The notes beneath the pieces are model-generated. The model was not told where the DNA came from. It made no database searches and saw only the letters and a program-made list of their open reading frames with translations. Shown one piece after another: positions 9,041 to 19,421 of a stretch of 53,707 nt of DNA. Both the position numbers and the translations under genes were made by a program. The DNA is from an uncultured Syntrophobacter sp. GTDB lineage: Bacteria; Desulfobacterota; Binatia; UBA9968. Location of the stretch: contig CAYZJE010000095.1 in assembly GCA_964478485.1 (NCBI GenBank), forward strand, positions 1 through 53,707, in the 5' to 3' direction. The first letter of the stretch is position 1. Each line of letters starts with the position of its first letter.

Positions 9041-10351
9041 TCAACCCCTTCTGCCGCGCAGCCGCCCCCGCTTCATGAAGCCCTCGTAGTTGCGGGAGAT
9101 CAAATGGGTTTCCATCTGCGCCACGGTGTCCAACGCTACTCCAACAACGATCAATAGCGCGGTGCCCCCAAAGTAAAATGGCACGTTGAACTGGCGCACC
9201 AAGATCGTCGGCAATAATGAAACGATGCACAGATAGATCGCGCCACTCAGCGTGATACGCGACAAGACGCGTTCGATATACTCAGCGGTTTTTTGTCCGG
9301 GGCGAATTCCCGGCACATAGCCGCCGGCCTTTTTCATGTTTTCCGCGACGTCACTAGGGTTGAACACCACGGCGGTGTAGAAGAACGCGAAGAAAATAAT
9401 CAAAATAATGTAAACCAAATCATGCAACCAGCTGCCCGGCGCCAGCGCCCCGGAAAACGTCTGAATCCAGGGATGATTGGCGAACTGCGCCAGGGTGGCC
9501 GGGAAAATCAAAATCGACGAAGCAAAAATCGGCGGAATCACGTTCGCGGTATTGATCTTGAGCGGCAAATGCGAAGTCATGCCCTGATACATTTTCCGGC
9601 CGACCACCCGCTTGGCGTATTGGACGGGAATGCGCCGCTGGCCCCGTTCGACGAAGATAATCGCGCCGACCACGATCACGCTCAACACCAAAATCAGCAA
9701 GGCCACCAATGGGCCGAGCTCGCCTTCACGCATGAACTGCAACGTGGTCATGACCGCCGACGGCAAACTGGCGACGATACCGGCGAATATGATCAGCGAG
9801 ATACCGTTGCCGATGCCACGCTCGGTGATCTGCTCGCCCAACCACATGATAAACGCGGTACCGGAGGTTAGCGTTATCACGGTCATGATGCGAAAGGTCC
9901 AACCGGGATGCAAAACCAAGTTAAGGCCTCCCGGCCCCTGCGTGCCCTCCAGACCGATGCTGATCATGATCCCCTGAACGATCGACAGCACCACGGTGCC
10001 GTAACGGGTATACTGGGTAATCTTGCGCCGGCCGATTTCGCCTTCCTTCGACAGCCTTTCTAAATACGGAAAGACCACGGTTAACAGCTGAAGAATAATT
10101 GACGCGCTGATATAGGGCATGATCCCCAAGGAGAAAACTGAAAATTGTTCCAGCGCGCCGCCGGAGAATAAATTGAGAAAGCCGAATAGAGTATTCTTCT
10201 GCGATTCGAAAAACGCCGCCATCGCTTGGCGGTCGATGCCCGGCGTCGGCACATGGACGCCCAAGCGGTATACCGCCAGCATCCCTAAAACGAACAAGCC
10301 GCGCCGGCGCAGCTCGGGGATTCGCGAGGCATTTTGAAAACCGCTAAGCAT
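9041..10351 (-). CDS. secY: Preprotein translocase subunit SecY
   Basis: 436-aa polytopic protein at the conserved position after rplO. SecY-like segments [26 protein letters not shown] and [10 protein letters not shown]. Confidence 0.97.
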   Translation of the reverse strand: MLSGFQNASRIPELRRRGLFVLGMLAVYRLGVHVPTPGIDRQAMAAFFESQKNTLFGFLNLFSGGALEQFSVFSLGIMPYISASIILQLLTVVFPYLERLSKEGEIGRRKITQYTRYGTVVLSIVQGIMISIGLEGTQGPGGLNLVLHPGWTFRIMTVITLTSGTAFIMWLGEQITERGIGNGISLIIFAGIVASLPSAVMTTLQFMREGELGPLVALLILVLSVIVVGAIIFVERGQRRIPVQYAKRVVGRKMYQGMTSHLPLKINTANVIPPIFASSILIFPATLAQFANHPWIQTFSGALAPGSWLHDLVYIILIIFFAFFYTAVVFNPSDVAENMKKAGGYVPGIRPGQKTAEYIERVLSRITLSGAIYLCIVSLLPTILVRQFNVPFYFGGTALLIVVGVALDTVAQMETHLISRNYEGFMKRGRLRGRRG

Positions 10352-10796
10352 GAAGTGCGATCAGCTCCGCTTTGCCGCCGGCGGCTTCAATCTTTTCCTT
10401 CGCCTTGGCGGAAAAACCATGGGCCCGTACCGTTAACGCTTTCGACAGCGAACCTTCGCCGAGAATCTTGATCCGTCGATTCTTACCGTTGACCAACCCC
10501 TGCGCAACCAAGGTCTCCGGTGTCGCCTCAGTGCCGTCCAGCAGTGCTTCCAATTGGCCGAGATTGACCACCGTCATCTCGACGCGATTGATATTGTGAA
10601 AACCGCGCTTGGGCAGCCGCCGCTGCAACGGCATCTGGCCGCCTTCGAATCCCGGTTGGACATTGCCACCGGAGCGCGCGCCTTGGCCCTTGTGACCACG
10701 GCCGGACGTCTTGCCATGGCCGGAGCCGTCGCCGCGACCGACCCGCTTGCGCTTCTTGTTCGAGCCGGGCGCCGGTTTTAATTCATCGAGTCTCAT
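10344..10796 (-). CDS. rplO: 50S ribosomal protein L15
   Basis: [37 protein letters not shown] is the canonical L15 N-terminus. Start is only 2 nt after the rpsE stop. Confidence 0.97.
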   Translation of the reverse strand: MRLDELKPAPGSNKKRKRVGRGDGSGHGKTSGRGHKGQGARSGGNVQPGFEGGQMPLQRRLPKRGFHNINRVEMTVVNLGQLEALLDGTEATPETLVAQGLVNGKNRRIKILGEGSLSKALTVRAHGFSAKAKEKIEAAGGKAELIALHA

Positions 10797-10798
10797 GA

Positions 10799-11314
10799 CT
10801 ATCGAATCTCCGCCAACGATTTACCGCGCCGTTCGGCGATCTCTTCCGGCGTGCGCAGTTCGCGCAACGCTTCAATCGTCGCTTTGACCATGTTGTGCGG
10901 GTTGTTGGAGCCCAGACATTTGGTCAACACATTCTGAATACCGGAGGCTTCAACCACCGCGCGCACGCCGCCACCGGCGATCACGCCGGTACCGTTCGAC
11001 GCCGGTTTGAGAATGACATATCCGGCGCCGTAACGGCCGGTCACTTCAAACGGAATCGTGCCTTCAATCACCGGTACGCGAATCAAGTTTTTCTTGGCTT
11101 GCTCCAGCCCTTTGCGGATCGCCTCGGGCACCTCTTTGGCTTTGCCCATGCCGTAACCGACCAACGAATGGTTATCGCCAACCACGATCAAGGCGCTAAA
11201 GCTGAAGCGCCGTCCGCCCTTGACGACCTTGGCCACCCGGGCGATGTTAACCACTTTCTCTTTTAGTTCTAATCCCTGAGGATCGATCCGTTCCAAAGTT
11301 ACCTCGCGTTTCAA
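10799..11314 (-). CDS. rpsE: 30S ribosomal protein S5
   Basis: [26 protein letters not shown] and the GTGVIAGG motif. Apparent TTG start at 11314. Confidence 0.96.
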   Translation of the reverse strand: MKREVTLERIDPQGLELKEKVVNIARVAKVVKGGRRFSFSALIVVGDNHSLVGYGMGKAKEVPEAIRKGLEQAKKNLIRVPVIEGTIPFEVTGRYGAGYVILKPASNGTGVIAGGGVRAVVEASGIQNVLTKCLGSNNPHNMVKATIEALRELRTPEEIAERRGKSLAEIR

Positions 11315-11321
11315 TACGCCG

Positions 11322-11687
11322 CTAGAACTCTAATCCGCCCTCGCGGGCGCCGTCCGCTACCGCCTTAACCCGGCCGTGAAAAAGAAAACCGTTGCGGTCA
11401 AAAACTACTCTCGTGATATTTTTTTCCTTGCACGCTTTGGCCAGCGCCAGGCCGACTTGTTTCGCGGTCTCGACGCCTTTGGTTTGCTTGGCCGCTTCGG
11501 CCAGCGCGCCGGACAATGTCGATACCGCCGCCAAGGTCTTGCCCTGATTGTCGGAGATCACCTGCGCGTAAATATGCTTGTTGCTGCGAAACACACAAAT
11601 CCGCGGCCGCGCGTCGCTGCCAAGAACTTTCTTGCGCACGCGCTCTTGGCGCCGCCGTCTACCAATGTCTGCTCGTTTAATCGCCAT
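11322..11687 (-). CDS. rplR: 50S ribosomal protein L18
   Basis: 121 aa; [20 protein letters not shown] ... [28 protein letters not shown] is canonical L18. Confidence 0.97.
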   Translation of the reverse strand: MAIKRADIGRRRRQERVRKKVLGSDARPRICVFRSNKHIYAQVISDNQGKTLAAVSTLSGALAEAAKQTKGVETAKQVGLALAKACKEKNITRVVFDRNGFLFHGRVKAVADGAREGGLEF

Positions 11688-11729
11688 CTGTCGTCCTCAC
11701 TAAAAGCAGCGTGGTCATTCTCAAATCGA

Positions 11730-12281
11730 CTATTTTCCACCGGCCGAACCGACCGCTTTGCCGGCTTTGCGCTTGATAAACTCTTCGCGATACTTGATTC
11801 CCTTACCCTTGTACGGCTCGGGCGGCCGGAGACCGCGAATCTTCGCTGCCGTCTCGCCGAGTAATTGGCGATCGGCGCCACTGAGAGTGATGATGATCTG
11901 GCGCTCCACCGCTGCCGTCACGCCTTGCGGTAACGGAAAGACCACCGGATGGGAATAGCCCAAGGTCATATGTATCTCTTGACCCTTAACCTCGGCGCGG
12001 TAACCGACGCCGTTGATATCGAGCACTCGAGTAAAACCCAGGCTGACTCCCTGAGCCATGTTGGCGATCAGTTTACGCGTGAGACCGTGCAGCGCGCGCA
12101 GCTTGCGCTGTTCGTTGTCGCGCGTGACGTGCACGATGTTGTCCTCGACCGTGACCTGCACGCCCGCCGGAATCGGCGCTTGCAGCTTGCCCTTGGGCCC
12201 TTCGAACCTGACCGCGCTGGAGTCCACGGCAACCTTCACGCCGGCAGGGAGCGGTACGGGCAGCTTTCCGATTCGTGACAC
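11730..12281 (-). CDS. rplF: 50S ribosomal protein L6
   Basis: (M)SRIGKLPVPLPAGVKV is the L6 N-terminus; GTG start at 12281. Confidence 0.96.
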   Translation of the reverse strand: MSRIGKLPVPLPAGVKVAVDSSAVRFEGPKGKLQAPIPAGVQVTVEDNIVHVTRDNEQRKLRALHGLTRKLIANMAQGVSLGFTRVLDINGVGYRAEVKGQEIHMTLGYSHPVVFPLPQGVTAAVERQIIITLSGADRQLLGETAAKIRGLRPPEPYKGKGIKYREEFIKRKAGKAVGSAGGK

Positions 12282-12299
12282 ATTACACCTCTATCTCGA

Positions 12300-12704
12300 C
12301 TACCAAACCGAACAAATAAGTTCACCGCCAACCTTGGCGCGCTGCGCTTCCCGGTCGACAAGAATTCCCTTGGGCGTTGACAAAACATTGATGCCCAAAC
12401 CCTTGCGAATCGGAATGGCCTCATTGGCACCGACATAAACCCGGCGCCCAGGACTGCTCACCCGCTTCATGCCGCCGATGATCGGCCGGTTCTCGCGGTC
12501 GAACTTGAGCTGGATGATCAATTCGTCGCCCGCACCGATGGCAGCTTTCACTTTCTTTTGGTCCTTCAGATAGCCTTCGGCGATTAATACCTTGACAATG
12601 CTTTCTTTCAAGCGCGACCACGGCACGGCGACCTTTTGATGGCGCGCCGAGGAGGCGTTGCGAATCCTAGTTAGCATGTCCGCGATTGGATCGGTCATTC
12701 CCAT
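12300..12704 (-). CDS. rpsH: 30S ribosomal protein S8
   Basis: TDPIADMLTRIRNA is the canonical S8 motif; C-terminal GGELICSVW. Confidence 0.97.
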   Translation of the reverse strand: MGMTDPIADMLTRIRNASSARHQKVAVPWSRLKESIVKVLIAEGYLKDQKKVKAAIGAGDELIIQLKFDRENRPIIGGMKRVSSPGRRVYVGANEAIPIRKGLGINVLSTPKGILVDREAQRAKVGGELICSVW

Positions 12705-12716
12705 AATTTGCTCCGC

Positions 12717-12902
12717 TTACCAACTGGCCTTAGTCAGTCCCGGAATATGCCCTTTGCGGGCGTGATCGCGCAGGCAAAGCCGGCACATGCGAAAACGCCG
12801 GTAAAACGCCCGCGACCGGCCGCACAGCGGACAACGATTATATTCCCGCACTTTGAACTTATTCGGCCTCTCGGCTTTAATTCTGAGACAAGTCTTGGCC
12901 AA
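12717..12902 (-). CDS. rpsN: 30S ribosomal protein S14, type Z (zinc-binding, 61 aa)
   Basis: (M)AKTCLRIKAERPNKFKVREYNRCPLCGRSRAFYRRFRMCRLC; apparent TTG start with GAGGGAG upstream. Confidence 0.96.
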   Translation of the reverse strand: MAKTCLRIKAERPNKFKVREYNRCPLCGRSRAFYRRFRMCRLCLRDHARKGHIPGLTKASW

Positions 12903-12920
12903 TGGTCTTCTCCCTCTCGG

Positions 12921-13460
12921 CTAACTGGCGAATGGCATTCCCATCAGTCTAAGCAGCACGCGCCCTTCCTGATCGGTCTTCGCTGTCGTGGTAATGGTGA
13001 TCGTCATGCCCCGGGCTTTTTCGACTTTGTCGGCATGAATCTCGGGGAAAATAATTTGCTCTCGCAATCCCAAAGAGTAGTTGCCCCGGCCATCGAAGGA
13101 ACGATCCGAGATGCCCTTGAAATCGCGCACCCGCGGTAGCGCCACCGTGATCAAACGGTCCAAAAATTCAAACATATGGTCGCGCCTAAGCGTAACCATG
13201 CAGCCGATCGGTATGCCTTCGCGCAGTTTGAAATTGGCGATCGCCTTTTTCGATTTGGTCACCACCGGTCTCTGGCCGGCGATGGCGGTAATATCGGCCA
13301 CCGTGCTGTCGATCGCTTTGGCATTCTGGGTCGCCTCGCCCACGCCGACGTTGAGAGTGATTTTTTCCAGCCGCGGCACCTGCATGGGGTTCTTGTAGCC
13401 AAACTCCTGCATCATGGCCGGCACTACATCCTGCTGATATTTAGTTTTTAATCGTGCCAT
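12921..13460 (-). CDS. rplE: 50S ribosomal protein L5
   Basis: [34 protein letters not shown] is the canonical L5 N-terminus. Confidence 0.97.
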   Translation of the reverse strand: MARLKTKYQQDVVPAMMQEFGYKNPMQVPRLEKITLNVGVGEATQNAKAIDSTVADITAIAGQRPVVTKSKKAIANFKLREGIPIGCMVTLRRDHMFEFLDRLITVALPRVRDFKGISDRSFDGRGNYSLGLREQIIFPEIHADKVEKARGMTITITTTAKTDQEGRVLLRLMGMPFAS

Positions 13461-13497
13461 GGTCGTTTCAATGGTCTCGCTAGCCTTGCCAACCTTG

Positions 13498-13809
13498 TCA
13501 ATCTAGGGCTTCGTTGCAGCGCCGGCAGATGCGGATCTTCTTGCCATCCGCCAGCGTCTTGTGGCCGATGCGCACCGGCGCGTTACACTTGTCGCACATG
13601 ATCATGAGATTGGAAGCATGAATACCCGCCTCCTTCTCCACGATCCCGCCGGGCTGTTGCGGGCCGCGCGGCTTGGTGTGGCGCTTGACCATGTTGGTTC
13701 TTTCAACAATGACAGCGTCTTTTTCCAGCAGCACGCGCAAGACCTTGCCGGTCTTGCCCCGCTCCTTGCCGGCGATCACCATCACGCTGTCGTTTTTTCG
13801 AATCTGCAC
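13498..13809 (-). CDS. rplX: 50S ribosomal protein L24 (with CxxC...CxxC tail)
   Basis: (M)[25 protein letters not shown] motif; GTG start. C-terminus [27 protein letters not shown]. Confidence 0.96.
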   Translation of the reverse strand: MQIRKNDSVMVIAGKERGKTGKVLRVLLEKDAVIVERTNMVKRHTKPRGPQQPGGIVEKEAGIHASNLMIMCDKCNAPVRIGHKTLADGKKIRICRRCNEALD

Positions 13810-13845
13810 AAACGGCTTCTCCCCAATATTCCTGCTAAAGCACGG

Positions 13846-14214
13846 CTAAAGTACTTCCGGCGCGAGCGAAATGATCTTCATGAACTTTTTCGCCCTGAGC
13901 TCGCGCGCCACCGGCCCGAAGATGCGCGTGCCGATTGGTTCTTTCTGATTGTCGATCAGCACCGCCGAATTATTGTCGAAGCGGATGTAAGTGCCATCCG
14001 CCCGGCCGATCTCTTTCGCCGTGCGCACGACCACGGCTTTGGTCACATCGCCTTTTTTAACCTTGGCGTTGGGTATCGCCTCTTTCACCGCGACCACGAT
14101 GATGTCGCCGATCGAGGCGTACTTGCGCTTGCTGCCACCCAGCACCTTGATGCACTGCACCCGGCGCGCGCCCGAGTTGTCCGCCACATCCAAATTGGTT
14201 CGCGTCTGAATCAT
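13846..14214 (-). CDS. rplN: 50S ribosomal protein L14
   Basis: [28 protein letters not shown] is canonical L14. Confidence 0.98.
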   Translation of the reverse strand: MIQTRTNLDVADNSGARRVQCIKVLGGSKRKYASIGDIIVVAVKEAIPNAKVKKGDVTKAVVVRTAKEIGRADGTYIRFDNNSAVLIDNQKEPIGTRIFGPVARELRAKKFMKIISLAPEVL

Positions 14215-14247
14215 AAAACGACCTCGACCGCCTTCATTCAGCGAAAT

Positions 14248-14535
14248 TTAAGCGCTGATCGCCGTGGACTGCGCCGCCACCCGGGCCCGCTCGATCACCT
14301 TGCTGACACGCCAGCGCTTGTCGCGGCTGAGCGGCCGGCACTCGACGATCAACACCCGGTCGCCGACATGGCACTGATTGCTTTCGTCATGCGCCTTGAC
14401 CTTGGTGCGCCGTTTCAAAACTTTTTTGTAACGTGGGTGCATAACCGTGCGCTCGATCGAAACCACCACGGTCTTCTGCATGCGGTCGCTCACCACCAAG
14501 CCGCTGCGTTCTTTTCTCAGTCCTCTGCTGTCCAT
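14248..14535 (-). CDS. rpsQ: 30S ribosomal protein S17
   Basis: GLVVSDRMQKTVVVSIERTVMHPRYKK ... HDESNQCHVGDRV is canonical S17. Confidence 0.96.
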   Translation of the reverse strand: MDSRGLRKERSGLVVSDRMQKTVVVSIERTVMHPRYKKVLKRRTKVKAHDESNQCHVGDRVLIVECRPLSRDKRWRVSKVIERARVAAQSTAISA

Positions 14536-14561
14536 GCTCAGCCTTTCTTGCCTGACTTCGC

Positions 14562-14759
14562 CTACTGCCCTTGCCGCGCTTTTTCGCGCAGAATCGTTTC
14601 CACGCGGGCCAAATCCCGCTTGGTCACCTTGAGCGACATCAGATTTTCCAAACGGCTAGTCGCCTTTTTGAGTTTCAGGTGGCCGATCTCCTCGCGCAGC
14701 GTATCGCGCTTTTGCGTCAAATCGCCGGCGCTCATATCGCGCAACTCTTTAGCTTGCAT
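14562..14759 (-). CDS. rpmC: 50S ribosomal protein L29
   Basis: 65 aa; [31 protein letters not shown] is L29-like. Overlaps the rplP end by 11 nt. Confidence 0.95.
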   Translation of the reverse strand: MQAKELRDMSAGDLTQKRDTLREEIGHLKLKKATSRLENLMSLKVTKRDLARVETILREKARQGQ

Positions 14760-15174
14760 GGACCAGACCTCGCCGCTCGACTGTTATCGTCGGTATCGAC
14801 AACTTATGCGCCGCCAAACGAAAGGCTTCCTTGGCGAGCGACCCCTCGACGCCTTCCATTTCGAATAGAATCCGCCCCGGCTGCACCACCGCGACCCACA
14901 TTTCGGTCGCGCCTTTGCCTTTTCCCATGCGGGTTTCGAGCGCCTTCTTGGTCAGCGGTTTGTCCGGGAATATGCGAATCCACACCTTACCGCCGCGCTT
15001 GAGATAACGGGTCAACGCCACACGGGCGGCTTCGATCTCACGCGCGCTCATCCAGCCGCGGCCAATCGCCTTGAGGCCATAATCTCCGAATGCCAGCGTC
15101 GAGCCACGGTGCGCCGTACCGCGGCGGCGGCCCTTTTGTAGTTTGCGATATTTTACTTTTTTCGGTTCAAGCAT
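14749..15174 (-). CDS. rplP: 50S ribosomal protein L16
   Basis: [19 protein letters not shown] is the canonical L16 N-terminus. Confidence 0.97.
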   Translation of the reverse strand: MLEPKKVKYRKLQKGRRRGTAHRGSTLAFGDYGLKAIGRGWMSAREIEAARVALTRYLKRGGKVWIRIFPDKPLTKKALETRMGKGKGATEMWVAVVQPGRILFEMEGVEGSLAKEAFRLAAHKLSIPTITVERRGLVHAS

Positions 15175-15213
15175 TTTCGCTCATTCTCAGGTCGACACTG
15201 TCAGGGCGATCCA

Positions 15214-15876
15214 TCACCCACCCAGCATCGCCTTCTGCTGTTCTTCTTCTTCGGTCAAAATCTCGCCGCGAAAGATCCATACCTTGACCCCGATGATGCC
15301 GTAGGTCGTGCGCGCTTCGGCAAAACCATAACTGATGTCCGCCCGCAGCGTGTGCAGCGGTACCCGCCCTTCGCGATACCACTCGGTGCGCGCGATCTCG
15401 GACCCACCGAGGCGGCCAGCCGATTGAATCCTCACGCCCTGGGCGCCCATGCGCATGGCGCGGGACACGCTTTCCTTCATGGCGCGGCGAAAGGCCACCC
15501 GGCGTTCCAACTGCAGCGCGACATTTTCCGCCGCCAGCTGGCCGTCTAAATCGGGCCTTCTGACTTCGTGAATATTGATGTAGGTCTCGCGCTTGATCAG
15601 CTTGCTGATCTCTTCTTTTAATTTTTCGATTTCCGCGCCCTTCTTGCCGATGACGATGCCGGGACGCGCGGTGTGAATGTTGATCTTCGCTTTGTTGGCC
15701 GCCCGTTCGATTTCAATCCGTGAAATGCCGGCGTGATAGAGCCGCTTCTTAAGAAAGGATTTGACCCGAAGATCTTCGTGCAAAAGCTTGGCAAAATCGT
15801 GGCTGGCGAACCATTTCGAATCCGAGGACTCGATGACGCCGAGACGAAACATTCGTGGATGTATTTTCTGACCCAT
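15214..15876 (-). CDS. rpsC: 30S ribosomal protein S3
   Basis: [14 protein letters not shown] ... KH domain ... [28 protein letters not shown] is canonical S3. Confidence 0.97.
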   Translation of the reverse strand: MGQKIHPRMFRLGVIESSDSKWFASHDFAKLLHEDLRVKSFLKKRLYHAGISRIEIERAANKAKINIHTARPGIVIGKKGAEIEKLKEEISKLIKRETYINIHEVRRPDLDGQLAAENVALQLERRVAFRRAMKESVSRAMRMGAQGVRIQSAGRLGGSEIARTEWYREGRVPLHTLRADISYGFAEARTTYGIIGVKVWIFRGEILTEEEEQQKAMLGG

Positions 15877-15882
15877 CAGGCC

Positions 15883-16227
15883 TTAGCTCCTCTCCTCGGC
15901 TTCATCGACGATGATTGTCACATGACTCAAGCGCTTGCGGATGCTCGTGGCGCGGCCCTGCGCCCGAGGCATGAAGCGCTTCACCATGCCGGCGCCGTCT
16001 ACCTTGGCGAGTTTAACGAACAGACGATCGACATCGACGCTTTGGGTATTTTCCGCATTGGCGACGGCGGTCCTGACCGTCTTGGCCACGATACCGGCGG
16101 AGCGCTTGGGAATGAACTTGAGAATATTCAGCGCCTCCTCGACACCCTTGCCGCGAATCAGATCGACCACCAGCCGAACCTTCTGCGGCGATACCGGAAT
16201 GAATTTTGTCGTCGCGCGTGTTTCCAT
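15883..16227 (-). CDS. rplV: 50S ribosomal protein L22
   Basis: SPQKVRLVVDLIRGKGVEEALNILKF and RAQGRATSIRKRLSHVTI are L22 motifs. Confidence 0.97.
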   Translation of the reverse strand: METRATTKFIPVSPQKVRLVVDLIRGKGVEEALNILKFIPKRSAGIVAKTVRTAVANAENTQSVDVDRLFVKLAKVDGAGMVKRFMPRAQGRATSIRKRLSHVTIIVDEAEERS

Positions 16228-16301
16228 AATCTCGCTAACTTTGTTTATGAAACTCTATGCTGACCAAGTTATTGAGTCCGTTCTTACGGGTCTTTCGCCA
16301 A

Positions 16302-16649
16302 TTAACTTTTCGCCGCCGGTGCCGCTCCCGGTGCCGCCCGCGGCGCTCCTCCTCCGGGTGCGCCGCTGGTTTCCTTGGCATCCGACTTTCGGTCGCCGGA
16401 GTGGGCGTAGAAAGTCCGGGTTGGCGAAAACTCGCCAAGCTTGTGGCCGACCATGTTCTCGCTGACGAAGACCGGAATAAATTTTCGCCCGTTATGCACA
16501 CCGATGGTGAGACCGACCATTTCCGGCGTCACCGTCGAACGGCGCGACCAGGTGCGAATCACCTGCTTCTGGCGCGACTCGTTCGCCGTGGCGATCTTTT
16601 TGGTCAGATGCTCGTCGATGAAGGGTCCCTTTTTTATCGAACGCGCCAT
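16302..16649 (-). CDS. rpsS: 30S ribosomal protein S19 (with Ala/Pro/Gly-rich C-terminal extension)
   Basis: [15 protein letters not shown] ... [31 protein letters not shown] is canonical S19. About 23 extra residues follow: [23 protein letters not shown]. Confidence 0.96.
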   Translation of the reverse strand: MARSIKKGPFIDEHLTKKIATANESRQKQVIRTWSRRSTVTPEMVGLTIGVHNGRKFIPVFVSENMVGHKLGEFSPTRTFYAHSGDRKSDAKETSGAPGGGAPRAAPGAAPAAKS

Positions 16650-16651
16650 CC

Positions 16652-17479
16652 CTATCTACCCTTTCTTCGCTGCACGATATACTGGTCGGACGCATGATTT
16701 TTTCTCGTCTTGTAACCCTTGGTCGGCTTGCCCCATGGGGTCATCGGATGATTGCCCTTCGAACGGCCTTCACCGCCACCATGGGGATGATCGACGGGGT
16801 TTTTTGCGATACCGCGGGTCGCGCCGCGGAACCCCAGCCAGCGCATGCGGCCGGCCTTGCCCCACGAGACATTTTCCTGATCGGCATTGCCAACTTGCCC
16901 GACGGTGGCGCGGCATTCAGCCAAGACCCGGCGCAATTCGCCGGACGGCAGCTTGAGCAGCGCATAGCTGCCTTCCTTGGCCATCAGCTGAGCGCCCAAC
17001 CCGGCGCTGCGCACCAGCTGCCCGCCCTTGCCGATCTTGAGCTCGATGTTGTGCAGCACCGTGCCAACCGGAATAAACTTGAGCGGCAAAGAATTGCCCG
17101 GCTGAATGTCAATGTTGATGTCGCCGGCGATCACCGACGCGCCCACCTGTAAGCGCTCGGGCGCGAGAATATAGCGCCGCTCGCCGTCTGCGTAACACAA
17201 CAGCGCGATGCGCGCCGAACGGTTAGGATCATACTCGATCGCTTCAACCTTGGCCGGTATATTTAACTTATTGCGTTTGAAATCGATCAGCCGGTACAAC
17301 CGTTTATGACCGCCGCCACGATGATCGGCGGTGACCCGGCCGGTGTTATTGCGCCCGCCGCTCTTGGTGAGCCCCTCGCGCAAACCCTTTTCCGGCCGCG
17401 CCTTGGTGACTTCATCGAAGGTGAGCCCGGTGCGAAAGCGCATGCCCGCGGAAGTCGGCCGGTAAGTTCTAATTCCCAT
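16652..17479 (-). CDS. rplB: 50S ribosomal protein L2
   Basis: 275 aa; GGGHKRLYR and [13 protein letters not shown] motifs. Confidence 0.98.
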   Translation of the reverse strand: MGIRTYRPTSAGMRFRTGLTFDEVTKARPEKGLREGLTKSGGRNNTGRVTADHRGGGHKRLYRLIDFKRNKLNIPAKVEAIEYDPNRSARIALLCYADGERRYILAPERLQVGASVIAGDINIDIQPGNSLPLKFIPVGTVLHNIELKIGKGGQLVRSAGLGAQLMAKEGSYALLKLPSGELRRVLAECRATVGQVGNADQENVSWGKAGRMRWLGFRGATRGIAKNPVDHPHGGGEGRSKGNHPMTPWGKPTKGYKTRKNHASDQYIVQRRKGR

Positions 17480-17533
17480 GATTGATGCTCGCTATCTCTC
17501 GATCCGTCTGATCAATAAAATTATTTCAATTTT

Positions 17534-17824
17534 TTATGCGCCGCCAAAAAAGTCGATCTTGTCTCCCTGTTTAAGCGTCACGTAAGCTTTCTTCCAATCG
17601 GAGCGCCGGCCCAGGCTGCGGCCGATACGGCGCACTTTGCCGAGATAACGCGCCATGCGCACGCCGACGACCTTGACTTTGAACAACGTCTCCACCGCGC
17701 GCTTGACCTCGATCTTGTTAGCCTCAGGGCGCACTTTAAACAAGAACTGATTGGCGCTTTCCGCCAACGCCGTGCCCTTTTCCGAGATCAACGGCGCCTG
17801 GATAATATCTCGCGGCCCCTTCAT
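17534..17824 (-). CDS. rplW: 50S ribosomal protein L23
   Basis: 96 aa; IIQAPLISEKGTAL ... FKVRPEANKIEVKRAVETLFKVKV is L23-like. ATGA overlap with the rplD stop. Confidence 0.95.
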   Translation of the reverse strand: MKGPRDIIQAPLISEKGTALAESANQFLFKVRPEANKIEVKRAVETLFKVKVVGVRMARYLGKVRRIGRSLGRRSDWKKAYVTLKQGDKIDFFGGA

Positions 17825-18417
17825 GCTGCCAACCTCTCTTCCAATGACTTGAGCGCCCCTTCGGTTAGGATGAGGTGGTCATAGCGCAGCAAATCGTAAA
17901 CATTCAAGCCCTCCACGCGCAGCACTTTGACCTTCGGCAAATTGCGCGCCGAGCGCTCGATGGTCGCGTCCGGCTGCGCGATCACGATGAGCGCGCTGGT
18001 AACCTTGAGTTCAGCCAAAGCCTGAACCATAATCTTGGTCTTGGCGGCTTCGAGTTGGAGTTTGTCGACGACAATTAATTTACCGTCGCGATGCTTCAGG
18101 CTGAGCGCTGAGAGCAGAGCTTCGCGGCGCGCCGAGCGCGGCAGGCGGTAGGAATAATCGCGCGGCGTCGGTCCGAAAACCGTGCCGCCACCGACCCAGA
18201 TGGGTGAGCGAATGCTGCCGGAGCGGGCGCGGCCCGTGCCCTTTTGCTTCCACGGCTTCTTGCCACCACCGCGGACGAAACCTTTGGTCTTGGTCGCCGC
18301 GCTGCCGGAGCGTCGATTGGCTAGCTGCATCACCACGGTTTGGTGCAGCAAGTGAGCGCGCGTCCTGGCGCCGAAGATCGCTTCGTTGAGCACGGGCTGG
18401 ATGACGTTTACTTCCAT
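17821..18417 (-). CDS. rplD: 50S ribosomal protein L4
   Basis: GGGKKPWKQKGTGRARSGSIRSPIWVGGGTVFGP is the canonical L4 motif. Confidence 0.97.
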   Translation of the reverse strand: MEVNVIQPVLNEAIFGARTRAHLLHQTVVMQLANRRSGSAATKTKGFVRGGGKKPWKQKGTGRARSGSIRSPIWVGGGTVFGPTPRDYSYRLPRSARREALLSALSLKHRDGKLIVVDKLQLEAAKTKIMVQALAELKVTSALIVIAQPDATIERSARNLPKVKVLRVEGLNVYDLLRYDHLILTEGALKSLEERLAA

Positions 18418-18434
18418 GATGATTTGCCTTTAAC

Positions 18435-19067
18435 TTACTTTTTCACCGCCGGGCGTAAAATGACCACGCCCTGCTTCGAGCCCGGCACCGCGCCGCGCAC
18501 CAACAGGAGATTTTGCTCGGCGCGAATATCGACGACTAGCAGATTCTGCGTCGAGATTTGCTCGTTGCCCCAATGGCCGGCCATCTTTTTGCCCTTACGG
18601 ACGCGGCCAGGATAGGAACGGTTGCCGATCGAACCGCCGTGGCGAAAATATTCATGGGTGCCGTGGGAGCCGGGAAACCCGGCGAACGACCAACGTTTGA
18701 TTACACCGGTGTAGCCATGGCCCTTTGAAATACCGGCGACATCGATCAGATCGCCGACCTTGAACAGATCGGTCGCTTTGATCTCTTGGCCGACTTCGTA
18801 CTGCGAAACATCGTCGAGACGAAATTCTCTGAGCACTTGAAATGCACCTTTGCCGGCCTTGGCCATATGACCCTGGGTCGCCTTGTTGACGCGCTGCGCC
18901 TTTTTGCTGCCGAAGCCCACTTGCAACGCGGTGTAGCCGTCGGTCGTGACGTCTTTCTTCTGCACCACCACGCAGGGTCCGGTCTCCACCACCGTCACGG
19001 GAATGACATTTCCCTCGGCGTTGTAGTACTGCATCATGCCAATTTTTCTGCCAATGAGCCCCGTCAT
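18435..19067 (-). CDS. rplC: 50S ribosomal protein L3
   Basis: MTGLIGRKIGMMQYY is the canonical L3 start (ATG 19067). The track ORF begins 4 codons upstream at a TTG (19079). Confidence 0.95.
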   Translation of the reverse strand: MTGLIGRKIGMMQYYNAEGNVIPVTVVETGPCVVVQKKDVTTDGYTALQVGFGSKKAQRVNKATQGHMAKAGKGAFQVLREFRLDDVSQYEVGQEIKATDLFKVGDLIDVAGISKGHGYTGVIKRWSFAGFPGSHGTHEYFRHGGSIGNRSYPGRVRKGKKMAGHWGNEQISTQNLLVVDIRAEQNLLLVRGAVPGSKQGVVILRPAVKK

Positions 19068-19112
19068 ATAAAATCCCAAACTTGGTTAATGGCCAGCTAG
19101 CTTTTGCGCCTA

Positions 19113-19421
19113 TTACTGGAGCTTGATCTCCACGTCCACGCCGGCGGCGATATCCAACTTGCCCAACGCGTCGATGGTCTGCTGCGTCGGCTCGAGAATA
19201 TCGAGCAGCCGTTTATGAGTGCGAATCTCGAATTGATCGCGCGATTTTTTATCGACGTGGGGCGAACGATTGACGGTGAAGCGCTCGATTCGCGTGGGCA
19301 GCGGAATCGGCCCGGCGACGCGGCCGCCGGTGCGCCGCACGGTCTCGACAATCTCTCCCACCGATTGGTCGAGCACGCGGTGGTCATAGGCTTTGAGCCG
19401 AATTCTAATTTTCTCGTTCAT
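19113..19421 (-). CDS. rpsJ: 30S ribosomal protein S10
   Basis: [20 protein letters not shown] is canonical S10. The ATG overlaps the fusA stop (ATGA). Confidence 0.98.
   Translation of the reverse strand: MNEKIRIRLKAYDHRVLDQSVGEIVETVRRTGGRVAGPIPLPTRIERFTVNRSPHVDKKSRDQFEIRTHKRLLDILEPTQQTIDALGKLDIAAGVDVEIKLQ

Noticed and set aside
13561-14868. 435-aa + strand ORF with no stop for 1.3 kb
   Set aside because: It lies entirely antisense to rplX, rplN, rpsQ and rpmC, all of which have unmistakable ribosomal-protein sequences. Its Arg/His/Ala/Leu-rich, low-complexity translation is typical of the antisense frame in GC-rich DNA, and it has no recognisable motif.
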